64,000 nt of DNA from Rhodospirillaceae bacterium. GTDB taxonomy: Bacteria; Pseudomonadota; Alphaproteobacteria; UBA6615. Made by a program: the position numbers and the translations under genes. The notes beneath the pieces are model-generated. The model saw only the letters and a program-made list of their open reading frames with translations, was not told the DNA's origin and did not search any database. Within the stretch, counting starts at the first letter, position 1. Every line of letters begins with the position of its first letter. The DNA is taken from contig JABJEK010000097.1 in the NCBI GenBank assembly GCA_018702955.1, positions 7,631 to 71,630 on the forward strand. Reading direction: 5' to 3'. This document shows positions 1 through 10,074 of the stretch, in pieces.

Positions 1-8
1 GAACCGGA

Positions 9-1055
9 TTACGCGTCATTACGCGGTAGCAGCACGGGCTCACCGCGCTCGGCCGATAAATCGGCCGCATTGTAGAGCTCCATCACCTGGATGGCTTCAT
101 CGGCTGTGACCATGGCCGGGCGATCATAGGCCACGGCTTCGAGGAAGTGCTTGGTCTCGTCATACATGGAACCGGCAAACACATGGTCCACCGGCTCGCC
201 CGGCATCGATGACATCGGATACTGAATCCCGTCCTTGACCGTGTTGAACTGAACTTCCTTATGGGTGTCATCGATGGTCAGCGCCCCTTCGGTGCCAATA
301 ACCTCGATCCAGGCCTGCACAAAGTTGGGATAGCCCGCCGGCAGGATCCAGCCGATACCAATGGTGATGGTCGTGCCGTCATCCATGGTGACCATGACCC
401 ACTGATGGTCGGGCGTATCGCTTTTCTGGCTGAACAGCTTGCCCGCCTGCTGGGAATAAACCCGCACCGGCTTGCGCGGTTGCAGACACCAGAGCAGAAA
501 ATCGAGATCATGGACGCCACCGATCGATGTCGGCGACATCTTCGACCGCCCGGTGATCTTCTCGCCCAGCTCGCGCGTTGAGTGACGCGAGATCAGGCAA
601 GTCACCGGCTCACCGATCGCGCCGTCCATCAGTGCCTTCTTCACGTAGACATAACGGGGGTCGAAACGGCGCGAGTAGCCGATCGATATTTTCAGATTAT
701 TTGAAGCGGCCAACGCATAGGCCTCCTCGGCCTCGGGGATGCTGGGCGCGATGGGTTTCTCGACGAAGACATGTTTGCCCGCGTTGAGTGCCGCCATGAC
801 GATCGGGAACCGTGCCGTCTCCGGCGTCATCGCGATAACGATCAAGTCGATCGATGGATCGTCGATCAGGGTCTGCCAATCATCTGTGATCGAAGTCGGA
901 TCGGTCTCCGCGACGATCTGTTTCTGCCGGTCGGGGTCGATCTCGGCGATGTGCAACTCATCGACCAGCGCGTTATGGGCACACGCATTGGCGCGGATAC
1001 CGCCGACCCATCCGGTACCGATCACACCGACATTCACACGCTTGAGTTCCGTCAT
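9..1055 (-). CDS. Gfo/Idh/MocA family NAD(P)-dependent oxidoreductase
   Basis: 353-aa minus-strand ORF. N-terminal Rossmann motif VGVIGTGWVGG; EKP motif (FVEKP) typical of the Gfo/Idh/MocA family. ATG at 1055 preceded by a GGGGGGAA RBS. Confidence 0.8.
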   Translation of the reverse strand: MTELKRVNVGVIGTGWVGGIRANACAHNALVDELHIAEIDPDRQKQIVAETDPTSITDDWQTLIDDPSIDLIVIAMTPETARFPIVMAALNAGKHVFVEKPIAPSIPEAEEAYALAASNNLKISIGYSRRFDPRYVYVKKALMDGAIGEPVTCLISRHSTRELGEKITGRSKMSPTSIGGVHDLDFLLWCLQPRKPVRVYSQQAGKLFSQKSDTPDHQWVMVTMDDGTTITIGIGWILPAGYPNFVQAWIEVIGTEGALTIDDTHKEVQFNTVKDGIQYPMSSMPGEPVDHVFAGSMYDETKHFLEAVAYDRPAMVTADEAIQVMELYNAADLSAERGEPVLLPRNDA

Positions 1056-1135
1056 TGCGGTTCCCCCCATCGCTTTATCATTGCCAGCAACGTCTCGCGA
1101 TTTCGATGTGCTGTCCAGACCGGACGGTACAGCAA

Positions 1136-1765
1136 TCAGGTGGCGTAGCTGCGATCTCCGGCATCACCCAGACCGGGAACGATGTAGCCCTTCTCGTTTA
1201 GCTGCGCGTCGACAGATCCGACAAAGACCGGAACGTCCGGGTGCGCTTCAGACAACGCCGCCAGCCCTTCCGGCGCGGCGAGAATGGAGATCAGACACAT
1301 GTCCGAAACACCGCGCGCCTTGAGCTGAGAGATCGCGGCGATCGATGAATTGGCCGTTGCGAGCATGGGGTCGACAAGCAGAAGCGAACGGTCCGCGATG
1401 TCCGCCGGGCCGTTGAAGTAATACTCAACCGCCTCCAGCGTGTCGTGATCCCGGTAGATTCCGATATGGCAGACGCCGGCGGTCGGTATGATTTCCAACG
1501 CCGCATCCAGCATCACGTTTCCGGCCCGCATGATCGACACCAGAACAGGACCCGGTGCAGCCAGGACCGGCGCACTCATCTTTGTCAGGGGCGTTTCGAT
1601 TTCCCGCTCCGTCAGCGTCAGATCACGCGTTGCCTCAAACAACATGAGCTGGGCGATCTCGCGGACCAGCAGGCGAAAAATAATCGGTGGCGTTTCCTTG
1701 TCACGCAGCAACGAAATCTTGTGCTGCAGCAGCGGGTGACCGATCACGGTTGCACTGGACGTCAT
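1136..1765 (-). CDS. upp: uracil phosphoribosyltransferase
   Basis: Uracil phosphoribosyltransferase signatures: LRDKETPP...FRLLVREIAQLMLFEAT and YIVPGLGDAGDR near the C-terminus. Internal ATG (MTSSATVIGHP) gives 209 aa. The upstream extension of the ORF is GC-rich read-through. Confidence 0.85.
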   Translation of the reverse strand: MTSSATVIGHPLLQHKISLLRDKETPPIIFRLLVREIAQLMLFEATRDLTLTEREIETPLTKMSAPVLAAPGPVLVSIMRAGNVMLDAALEIIPTAGVCHIGIYRDHDTLEAVEYYFNGPADIADRSLLLVDPMLATANSSIAAISQLKARGVSDMCLISILAAPEGLAALSEAHPDVPVFVGSVDAQLNEKGYIVPGLGDAGDRSYAT

Positions 1766-1911
1766 GGTATTTCTCTCTACTGGCCTTCGGCAAACAGATT
1801 TAGCCCGACCCGGCACCAGAAGGCGAGAGGCCGGTTTGCAACCCCGGTTGCGGAGGCGAGATCGGCTCTGCCATTGTTCGTGTGCACACAGGTGATCTTG
1901 CACAAAAAACG

Positions 1912-3666
1912 ATGCCCATGCCCACGGACAACAGACTGCCTCTTAATCGAATCGAGCGCGAGAATCGGCCCGACGGTTCCATCCTCTTGCACAACCGCGC
2001 GCCGTTGCCTGACCCGCTGCCCGACATTCTCGACCGGTTCGATCACTGGACGGCACTGGACAGCAACGCGACCTTCATCAGCGAACGCGCAAATGATGGC
2101 ATCCGGACGACCAGCTATGGCGAGATAGACGGTCGCTCCGATGCGCTCGCGCACGATCTCGCCGCGCGCGGCCTCGCAAAAGGCGATGCGGTTGCGATCA
2201 TCGACGGTGCCGGGGTGCTGCACGCCGCACTCAAGCTCGCATGCCTCAAAGCGGGCCTGGTTCATGTCCCGCTATCGCCGCTCCTGCTGGCATCAGAGCA
2301 TGGCCGCAGCAGGCTGGCGGGTTTGCTCACTGCGGCCGAACCGTGCCTCACGGTCGTGCCAGCGCAGACGTTGCCCGAAGAACTGGTCGCGTTGTGCGGA
2401 ACGGTCACCACGCCTGGCGAGTTGTCCGAAGTTGCGGCCGCGCAAACGCCGTTCGAGCGCCCCGCCGCCGATCCGAGCGACCCTGCCGCGATCTACTTCA
2501 CTTCCGGATCCACAGGTGACCCCAAGGGCGTTTCAATCACCCGGCGCATGATCGCCTCCTGCCAAAGCGCCTATGGGGTTCACTGGCCTTTCCTCGCAGC
2601 CCACCGGCCCGCGCTGATCGACTGGCTACCCTGGCACCACGTCTTCGGCGGGCTCGATAATTTCCACAAGATGATCTGGTACGGCGGGGCCTATCATGTC
2701 GAGCTGCCGCCCGGGCCCGACAATATGGACGCTTTGGCCGCGCGCATCCGCGACGTCCGTCCGACGATCCATATCAACGTGCCCTACGGCATCGACCTCC
2801 TGCTCGACCATCTGGCCGACGATGCGAGCACCCGCGCAGCGTTGTTCGAGCGCCTCGATCTGATCTTCTTCGCCGGCGCCGGCATGGGGGCACGAACGTG
2901 GCGGCGTCTGCAGGACGCGGTCACCGCAGGACCCCACGGGCCCGGTGGTCCGCCGCTGGTTCTGTCGGGCTATGGTGCCACCGAAGCCGGATCGACCATG
3001 TGCCTCGGGCACGAACCGGCAGGACAGACTGACGAAATCGGACTGCCCCTGCCGGGCCACACACTGTGCCTGTCGCCCGTCGACGGCGCGACGGAAATCA
3101 GGTTCCGGGGGCCAAACGTGTCACCCGGTTACGTCGGGTCGGCCGGCCTTGGGACAGTCTCACTCGATGACGAGGGATTCCTGCGTACCGGCGATCTCGC
3201 CCGCGCCCTGCATGACGGCGCGCCCGAGAGAGGACTGTGCTTCGACGGCCGCCTGGCCGAGGATTTCAAGCTGACGACGGGAACACGGGTCAAGGTCGGT
3301 GCGCTGCGCCACGCCATCCTGGCGGCCTGCGCACCCGACCTGCAGGACGTCGCCATCGCCGGTGCCGGACAGGACAAACTCGCCGTCATCCTGTTTCCCA
3401 CGGCGATGGCACTGGTTGACAAAGCTAACGATCTGCAAACCCGCATAACCAAAGCGCTGGCTGCCCACAATGCCGCCATGCCCGGCAGCTCGACATCCGT
3501 CTATCGCGCCGCAATCGCCGACGGACCGCCTGACCGCACGGCCGGTGAGATCAACGACAAGGGCCATCTGGTCCAGAAGACCTGCCTGCACAATCGTGCC
3601 GATCTGGTCGCTCGGCTATACGATGCGCGAACCGACCCGGACATCATCTGTCCCGACAATGCCTAA
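1912..3666 (+). CDS. AMP-dependent acyl-CoA synthetase (feruloyl-CoA synthetase-like)
   Basis: AMP-binding motif IYFTSGSTGDPKGV. Long N-terminal region resembling Fcs-type hydroxycinnamate-CoA ligases. A crotonase gene follows immediately. Start is ambiguous: GTG at 1882 or ATG at 1912 or 1918. Confidence 0.7.
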   Translation: MPMPTDNRLPLNRIERENRPDGSILLHNRAPLPDPLPDILDRFDHWTALDSNATFISERANDGIRTTSYGEIDGRSDALAHDLAARGLAKGDAVAIIDGAGVLHAALKLACLKAGLVHVPLSPLLLASEHGRSRLAGLLTAAEPCLTVVPAQTLPEELVALCGTVTTPGELSEVAAAQTPFERPAADPSDPAAIYFTSGSTGDPKGVSITRRMIASCQSAYGVHWPFLAAHRPALIDWLPWHHVFGGLDNFHKMIWYGGAYHVELPPGPDNMDALAARIRDVRPTIHINVPYGIDLLLDHLADDASTRAALFERLDLIFFAGAGMGARTWRRLQDAVTAGPHGPGGPPLVLSGYGATEAGSTMCLGHEPAGQTDEIGLPLPGHTLCLSPVDGATEIRFRGPNVSPGYVGSAGLGTVSLDDEGFLRTGDLARALHDGAPERGLCFDGRLAEDFKLTTGTRVKVGALRHAILAACAPDLQDVAIAGAGQDKLAVILFPTAMALVDKANDLQTRITKALAAHNAAMPGSSTSVYRAAIADGPPDRTAGEINDKGHLVQKTCLHNRADLVARLYDARTDPDIICPDNA

Positions 3667-3700
3667 ACCCGGCAACGCCCAACTTTAAGGAACCCGGACC

Positions 3701-4513
3701 ATGACCGATGCACCCGTCCTCCTGATCGACCGCGACCCCGACGACGCATTCGTGACGCTGACAATGAACCGGCCCGACAAGCTGAACGCGCTCGACCTCG
3801 AACTTCTCGACGCCCTCGACGCCGCCGTGCGCGAGGCGCAGAAGGATCCCGATATCCGCGCGATTATCCTCACCGGCGCCGGGCGCGCCTTTACGACCGG
3901 ATTCGACCTAATCAGCGACGACTTCGAGATGGACACGGAGGACTGGCGCGCAGACATGTCGGCAAATTGTGATCGCTTGCGCACGATCTGGGCCTCCGAT
4001 GTGCCGGTCATCGCCGCCATTAACGGCTTCGCATTGGCCGGCGGCCTGGAGCTCGCCATGTGCTGCGACCTGGCGCTGGCGGCCGAGGATGCCAAGCTCG
4101 GGGAACCGGAAGTGCGTCACGCGTCCGGCCCCCCATCGCTGATGATGCCCTGGACCATGCCGATCCGCCACGTGCGCTGGCTGATGTACACCGGTGACAT
4201 GGTGGACGGTCGCGAAGCCGAGCGTATCCATCTCGTCAACCGGGCCGTACCCGGCGATCAGCTGATGGACGAGGCGCGACGCCTCGCGCGCAAGCTGTCA
4301 CGTATGCCGGGACCGGCGATCAAATTCGCCAAAGCCTCGATCAACCACCAGCAGGAGACGGCCGGCCTGACCAGTTCCTGGCTCTACAATGTGGAGGCGA
4401 TCTCGTCCCTGCATGCCTCACCCCATGGGCGGGCATGGATGCGAAAGATGCGCGACGAACCGCTGAAAGACGTCCTCGCCGAACGCGAGGCACCGTTCCG
4501 CGACCTCGACTAA
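3701..4513 (+). CDS. enoyl-CoA hydratase/isomerase (crotonase) family protein
   Basis: Crotonase-fold motifs LTMNRPDKLNAL and AAINGFALAGGLELAMCCD. ATG at 3701 with a TAAGGAAC RBS. Confidence 0.8.
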   Translation: MTDAPVLLIDRDPDDAFVTLTMNRPDKLNALDLELLDALDAAVREAQKDPDIRAIILTGAGRAFTTGFDLISDDFEMDTEDWRADMSANCDRLRTIWASDVPVIAAINGFALAGGLELAMCCDLALAAEDAKLGEPEVRHASGPPSLMMPWTMPIRHVRWLMYTGDMVDGREAERIHLVNRAVPGDQLMDEARRLARKLSRMPGPAIKFAKASINHQQETAGLTSSWLYNVEAISSLHASPHGRAWMRKMRDEPLKDVLAEREAPFRDLD

Positions 4514-5136
4514 CTGTTTCGGCCGCGCAGCCGCTCGAACTGGGTCAGGACCGCCTCGGCGTCGACGACATCGGCATAGCGGCGATCGACGTCACGCAAA
4601 TTCGCCTGATGGGGTTCCTCGTCGTGATCGCCAACACAGTCTTCCGGCACGATCGTCCGGAAGCCGAGGCTGAACGCATCGATCACCGAGGCGCGCACGC
4701 AGCCCGACGTGATGCAGCCGGTCACGACCACCGTGTCCACGCCCTGCTTGATCAGGAACGGCGCCACCTGGGTGTTGAAGAAGATCGACGGCGCGCCTTT
4801 CATGACGACCAGATCCGGCTCCTCTGCTGCGATCCGCGGATCGAGCTCGACAGACGGATGCCCCTCGATCAGCTCCTCACGCAGCGGCGCGATCTTCCAA
4901 TGGGGCATGGCGGCCTGGGAGTGATAGCCCATCACGCAGGCGGCGACGGGGAATCCGGCGTCTTTCGCGGCGCGAACCACATCCACCGTTCGTTCCACCG
5001 CAGCGTCGATCATCGGTGCGCCACCCATCCGGAATTCCGGGTCGGTAAAACCACGCTGAAAGTCGACGACCACCACACCGGGGCGCTCGCCCCATCCGAC
5101 GTCACCATCTCCATAGCCCCGTTCGGCGTAATCCAT
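4510..5136 (-). CDS. isochorismatase-family cysteine hydrolase
   Basis: C-terminal 209 aa of the 444-aa track ORF. Motifs VVVVDFQRGF and VVVTGCITSGCVRAS (catalytic-Cys region). ATG at 5136. Stop overlaps the crotonase stop by 4 nt (convergent). Confidence 0.75.
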   Translation of the reverse strand: MDYAERGYGDGDVGWGERPGVVVVDFQRGFTDPEFRMGGAPMIDAAVERTVDVVRAAKDAGFPVAACVMGYHSQAAMPHWKIAPLREELIEGHPSVELDPRIAAEEPDLVVMKGAPSIFFNTQVAPFLIKQGVDTVVVTGCITSGCVRASVIDAFSLGFRTIVPEDCVGDHDEEPHQANLRDVDRRYADVVDAEAVLTQFERLRGRNS

Positions 5137-5259
5137 TCTTCGTTCTCCGTTGCGTACCCTGCACGGGTGAGAGAGTATTAAAGCATGACGCATCAGGCGC
5201 GTCTCGCCGCAGGCAAACGCGAAGCGATAGCCGTGGTGTTTAAACAGGGGGAAGAGTTT

Positions 5260-7335
5260 ATGGGTTATCGGATTTCCGTCGATACGGGCGGCACCTTCAC
5301 GGACATGGTCCTGCTCGATCCGGACGGGAAATTCCATGTCGGCAAGTCGCTGACGACGCCCGAGCGCATCTCCGAGGGTATGTTTTCCGCCCTCGACGTT
5401 GTGGCCGAAGCCGTCGGCAAATCGACGAAGGATCTGCTCGCCGAGACCGATCTGCTGATCTACGGCACAACCCGGGCGACGAACGCCATCGTCACCAAGC
5501 AGACCGCGCGCACGGCGTTTCTGACCACGACCGGCTTCCGCGATATCCTGGTGTTCAAGGAGGGCGGCAAGCACGGCCCTCATGATTACAGCTACGACTA
5601 CCCCCAGCCCTATATCCCGCGGCGTCGCACCTTCGAGATCAACGAACGTATCGGCGCGTCGGGCGAAGTCGTCCGGCCCCTCGACGAGGCCCAGGCCCGC
5701 GAGGTCATCGAGACCCTGAAGGAACGTGGTTTTGAGGCCATCGCCGTGTCCCTGCTCTGGTCGATCGCCAATGAGGCCCATGAAGCCAGGCTCGGCGAGC
5801 TGATCGAGGAGATCATGCCGGGCATTCCCTACACCCTGTCCCATCGGATCGCCCCGATCCTGCGCGAGTATCGCCGCGCCTCGGCCACGGCCATCGACGC
5901 CTCACTTAAGCCTTTGATGCAGGCGCATCTGCGCGGGATGCAGACCGATCTTCGAGATATCGGCTTCACCGGCGATTTGCTCGTGTCCACTTCGGTCGGC
6001 GGCTGCCAGGAAGTCGAGAGCCTCGTCGAGCGTCCGATCAACACGCTGAAATCCGGCCCGGCCATGGCGCCGGTCGCGGGCCGCGCTTACTCTGCGCTCG
6101 AACGGATGGGCGGCGACGTGATCGTCTGCGACGCGGGCGGCACGACCTTCGATGTCGGCCTCGTGCGCGACAATCAACTCGTCTACTCCCGCGACAGCTG
6201 GCTCGGCCCGCAATGGACCGGCGACATCATCGGCGCATCGACCGTCGACGTCCGTTCCGTCGGTGCGGGTGGCGGTTCCATCGCGTGGGTGGATCCCGGC
6301 GGCCTCCTGCAGGTGGGCCCGCAATCGGCGGGTTCGGTCCCGGGCCCGGCTTGTTACGGCGCCGGCGGCACGGAACCAACCGTGACCGACGCGGCACTGG
6401 TGCTCGGCTATATCGACCCCGAATATTTCAACGGTGGCCGGCTCACACTGGACCGCAGCGCGGCAGAAAAAGTGATCGCGACCCTGGCCAAGACCCTGGG
6501 CAAGGAGGTCGACGAGACCGCCCACTCGATTCTGGTCATCGCCAACGAACTGATGATCAAGGCGATCGGCGAAATCACCGTGAATGATGGGCTCAACCCG
6601 CGCGAGAGCGTGATCGTCGCCGGCGGCGGTGCGGCGGGCTTCAACATCATGCCAATCGCCCACGAACTCGGCTGCGCCACAGTGATCCTGCCCCAGACCG
6701 CATCCGCCCTGTCGGCCTGCGGCATGCAGTACTCGTCGATCGTGTTCGAGGCGACCCGCAGCCGGTTTACTGACAGCAACGGCTTCGACCGGGACGGCGT
6801 GAATTCCGCACTCGACGAGATCGAGGCCGACCTGATGGCATTCCGCGACAGTCTCGGCACCGCGAAAGACGCGACGGTCACAATCGAGTTCTTCGCGGAG
6901 GCGCGCTACCGCGCCCAGGTCTGGGAGCTCGACACCCAATTGCCCAAACCCCGTCTCGAAACCGACGCCGACGTGGATGAGCTGGTCGAGACCTTCCACC
7001 TGACCCATGAACGGGTCTACGCCGTGCGCGACGAGGGAAGCCCCGTCGAATGCGTAAACTGGAAGGGGCGTATTTCGATTCGACCGTTTGATCCACCGCC
7101 CTCGCCCGAACCATCGGACACGCATAGTTCGCCTACACCCAATACCACCCGAAACTGCTTCTTCGGTGGTAGCGCGCGTGTGGACACACCGGTGTTCCGG
7201 GGTGCGAACATGGTGATCGGCGACGAAATTCAGGGACCCGCGATCATCGAAGAACCGACGACCACGATCGTCGTCTATCCGGATATGTCGGCGCGCCTAA
7301 GCGCGGCCGGCGACTACATCCTCGACTGTCGTTGA
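5260..7335 (+). CDS. hydantoinase/oxoprolinase family A subunit (HyuA-like)
   Basis: N-terminus MGYRISVDTGGTFTD is the hallmark of HyuA / acetone carboxylase beta / caprolactamase alpha. GGGGAAGAG RBS ahead of the ATG at 5260. Followed by the B subunit. Confidence 0.85.
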   Translation: MGYRISVDTGGTFTDMVLLDPDGKFHVGKSLTTPERISEGMFSALDVVAEAVGKSTKDLLAETDLLIYGTTRATNAIVTKQTARTAFLTTTGFRDILVFKEGGKHGPHDYSYDYPQPYIPRRRTFEINERIGASGEVVRPLDEAQAREVIETLKERGFEAIAVSLLWSIANEAHEARLGELIEEIMPGIPYTLSHRIAPILREYRRASATAIDASLKPLMQAHLRGMQTDLRDIGFTGDLLVSTSVGGCQEVESLVERPINTLKSGPAMAPVAGRAYSALERMGGDVIVCDAGGTTFDVGLVRDNQLVYSRDSWLGPQWTGDIIGASTVDVRSVGAGGGSIAWVDPGGLLQVGPQSAGSVPGPACYGAGGTEPTVTDAALVLGYIDPEYFNGGRLTLDRSAAEKVIATLAKTLGKEVDETAHSILVIANELMIKAIGEITVNDGLNPRESVIVAGGGAAGFNIMPIAHELGCATVILPQTASALSACGMQYSSIVFEATRSRFTDSNGFDRDGVNSALDEIEADLMAFRDSLGTAKDATVTIEFFAEARYRAQVWELDTQLPKPRLETDADVDELVETFHLTHERVYAVRDEGSPVECVNWKGRISIRPFDPPPSPEPSDTHSSPTPNTTRNCFFGGSARVDTPVFRGANMVIGDEIQGPAIIEEPTTTIVVYPDMSARLSAAGDYILDCR

Positions 7336-7349
7336 GCAGGGAGAGCAAG

Positions 7350-9149
7350 ATGTCTGAGCCCGAAACCACCCTCGATCCCGTCCTGATCTCCGTCATGGCG
7401 AACCGCCTCGACGGCATCGTCCGGGAAATGACCAACACGCTGCTGCGCTCCGCGCGTTCCGCCGTGATCTCGTCGGCCCGCGACTTCTCCTGTTGCCTGG
7501 TGACAGGCAATGACGAGCTGCTCGCGCCCGCCGAAGGACTGCCGGTGCATATCTTCGGCTGCCACATCCAGACGGCGAATATGCGCGAATATCACAAGGG
7601 TGATATCCAGCGCGGCGACGCCTATCTCGACAATGATCCCTATGGCGGCAACACCCATCCCGCCGATCACACCTTCATGGTGCCGGTCTTCTTCGAGGGC
7701 GAGCATCTCTTCACCGCCGTCTCGAAGTGCCACATGGCCGACATCGGCAACTCGATCCCGTCAAGTTACTTCGTGCGCGCCCGCGACGTTTACGAGGAAG
7801 GCGCGTTGGTCTTCCCCGGCGTGCGTATCCAGCGCGATTTCAAGAACAACGAGGACATCATGCGGATGTGCCGCGCGCGCATCCGGGTGCCGGACCAATG
7901 GTATGGCGATTACCTCGCCGGGCTCGGCTCCGCGCGGATCGCCGAGCGCCGCCTCGAGGCGTTCTGCGAGAAGTACGGCAAGGACACCGTGAAGGCGTTC
8001 ATGCGTGAATGGTTCGACTATTCCGAACGCCGCATGGTCGACAACATTAAACGCCTGCCCAAGGCGAGCCTCGTCAACAAGGGCCGCTCGGACCCGCTGG
8101 AGGGCCTCCTGCCCGACGGCCTGGAGCTGACCGTCAAGATCGACATCGACCCGGATGAGGGCAACATTCACGTCGACCTCCGGGACAACCCGCCGTCGGT
8201 CGACGCAGGTCTGAACACCTCGCTCGGCTCGGCCACGTCGGCAGTTGTGGGTGCGATCTTCAACGCGCTCGACAAGGATCTGCCGCGCAATGAGGGCGCC
8301 TTCCGGCGGCTGCACTTCCAATATGCCGAGGACAGCGTCGTCGCGGCACCGACCTTCCCCCATTCCTGTTCGGTTTCGACCACCAATGTGTCGGAACGGC
8401 TGGTCAACATCACCCAGTCGGCATTCGCGCAGCTGGGCGACGGCATGGGTCTGTCCGAAGGCGGTGCGGGGCTCGGTGCTGGTATGGCCGTGATCTCCGG
8501 CCAGGACCTGAGGCGCGAGCCCGAGCCCTATGTGAACCGGCTGATGCTGTCGACCAATGGCGGCCCGGCGAGCGCCGAGGCCGACGGCTGGGTCAACTAC
8601 GCCATCCCGGTGATCGCCGGGCTGATGTACCGGGATTCCGTCGAAGTGGACGAACTCAAGCATCCTATCCGCGTCGAATCCCTGACCCTGGTGACGGACT
8701 CCGCCGGTGCCGGACGACGGCGCGGCGCCCCGGCCCAGCAGATCGAGTATGGCCCGACCCACGCGCCGATGATGGCCGTGATTTCGTGCGACGGCCAGCA
8801 CGCGCAGCCGCGCGGCGTACTCGGCGGCTTGCCGGGCACATCCGGCGAGACCTGGCTAATCGAGGACGAAGCCCAGCCGGAGCGGATGCCGAACGTCGTC
8901 CAGCTCACCATCAATCCGGGCCAACGCGTCCGCGGCCGGGATTCTGCCGGTGGCGGCTATGGCGATCCGCTCGATCGCGAAACAGAGCGGGTCATCGTGG
9001 ACGTACTCGAAGGTTGGGAGACGCTGGAGAAGGCGAACGACATCTATGGGGTGATCTTCACCGGCGAGATCGACGACGAGTCCCTCGAGGTCGATGAGGC
9101 CGCCACGGAAGCGCGCCGCCAGGAGCTACGGGAGGCGCGGGCTAACTGA
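7350..9149 (+). CDS. hydantoinase B/oxoprolinase family B subunit (HyuB-like)
   Basis: HyuB-family motifs DFSCCL and DNDPYGGNTHPADH. AGGGAGAG RBS before the ATG at 7350. Adjacent to the A subunit; the TTG at 7332 overlaps the hyuA stop. Confidence 0.85.
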   Translation: MSEPETTLDPVLISVMANRLDGIVREMTNTLLRSARSAVISSARDFSCCLVTGNDELLAPAEGLPVHIFGCHIQTANMREYHKGDIQRGDAYLDNDPYGGNTHPADHTFMVPVFFEGEHLFTAVSKCHMADIGNSIPSSYFVRARDVYEEGALVFPGVRIQRDFKNNEDIMRMCRARIRVPDQWYGDYLAGLGSARIAERRLEAFCEKYGKDTVKAFMREWFDYSERRMVDNIKRLPKASLVNKGRSDPLEGLLPDGLELTVKIDIDPDEGNIHVDLRDNPPSVDAGLNTSLGSATSAVVGAIFNALDKDLPRNEGAFRRLHFQYAEDSVVAAPTFPHSCSVSTTNVSERLVNITQSAFAQLGDGMGLSEGGAGLGAGMAVISGQDLRREPEPYVNRLMLSTNGGPASAEADGWVNYAIPVIAGLMYRDSVEVDELKHPIRVESLTLVTDSAGAGRRRGAPAQQIEYGPTHAPMMAVISCDGQHAQPRGVLGGLPGTSGETWLIEDEAQPERMPNVVQLTINPGQRVRGRDSAGGGYGDPLDRETERVIVDVLEGWETLEKANDIYGVIFTGEIDDESLEVDEAATEARRQELREARAN

Positions 9150-9179
9150 ACGGAGGAACAGACTCCCGCCATCCCACGG

Positions 9180-9878
9180 TCACATACCGCCCGTGATCTG
9201 CAAGGCATTCGGTAGCACGGTGACATTGTCTTCCACCTCTTGCACACCGGCGATTCCCTCTGCGGCCACACGTACAGCCGTTTTCTCCGACTCCGTCAGA
9301 ACGCCGCCCCAAAGCTGGACTTTGCCGTCGCGCACGACATAGCTGACGAAGTTCCCGACGCTCGGTAAATCCTGCGCCAGCGCGCCCGCGAGACTTTCAC
9401 GAATCTGGCGGTCACCGAGATGCTGCTCACCCGGCGCCTTAAGCGCGGCCAATCCCTGCAGCAGATTGGCACGGCTGACAATGCCAACAACCTTGCCATC
9501 GCGAACAACCGGCACGCGCTTGATTCTGTGCGTCTCAAGGAGTTCCGCCACCTGCGAAACCGGCATGTCTTCCGGGATGGTGACGACCTTTCGGGTCATC
9601 ACATCGCGCGCGTGGTGACCATGGGACAACACGAACTCGCGCGCCCTCTCTGCCGGGCCGGTAATCATGTGCAACCACCACGAAGGCCTGCGTTCGGTGT
9701 CATTTTCCGTCCGCCGCATAAGATCGCCCTCACTGACGATCCCCTGAAGAACACCATTATCATCGACAACCGGCACAGCACTGATGTGGCGCCGCAAAAA
9801 TATTCGCGCGACATCCTCCACGCTGGTTTCCGGCGTAACTGTCGCCACATCTGGGGTCATGACATCAACCGCTTGCAT
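9180..9878 (-). CDS. CBS-pair plus BON domain protein
   Basis: Two CBS motifs (VMTPDVATV...AVPVVDDNG; VMTRKVVTI...RVPVVRDGK) and a C-terminal BON-like segment. The ATG at 9878 has a GGAGG RBS. The track start at 9890 lacks one. Confidence 0.7.
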   Translation of the reverse strand: MQAVDVMTPDVATVTPETSVEDVARIFLRRHISAVPVVDDNGVLQGIVSEGDLMRRTENDTERRPSWWLHMITGPAERAREFVLSHGHHARDVMTRKVVTIPEDMPVSQVAELLETHRIKRVPVVRDGKVVGIVSRANLLQGLAALKAPGEQHLGDRQIRESLAGALAQDLPSVGNFVSYVVRDGKVQLWGGVLTESEKTAVRVAAEGIAGVQEVEDNVTVLPNALQITGGM

Positions 9879-10074
9879 GCTTGCCTCCATCTTCGTCTGG
9901 TGAGAAGTGCATCATCACCCCTTTACAGGTTTTCGATATTGCGTTGAATCAACCCGGCACATACTGCGGTCGATCACCACCAGCCCGGTTTCGATAGTTT
10001 CTTTCATCACCTCGGCTCCCGCCGATGTATGATGAACACAGCCGAATCCGCCCCAGCCCTTCTTTTCCGGACAT

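Noticed and set aside
5137-5844. Upstream 235 codons of the 444-aa track ORF containing the isochorismatase gene.
   Set aside because: Only the C-terminal 209 aa (from the ATG at 5136) show isochorismatase-family motifs. The upstream part overlaps the divergent hyuA gene and has a junk-like composition.
5902-7125. 407-aa minus-strand ORF antisense to hyuA. Similar long antisense ORFs at 16290-17477, 21332-22732, 28578-29933, 42851-44446 and 48385-49893.
   Set aside because: Arg/Gly/Ala-rich, low-complexity translations with no motifs. Each lies entirely antisense to a gene with strong family signatures. This is the expected artefact of stop-codon-poor GC-rich DNA.
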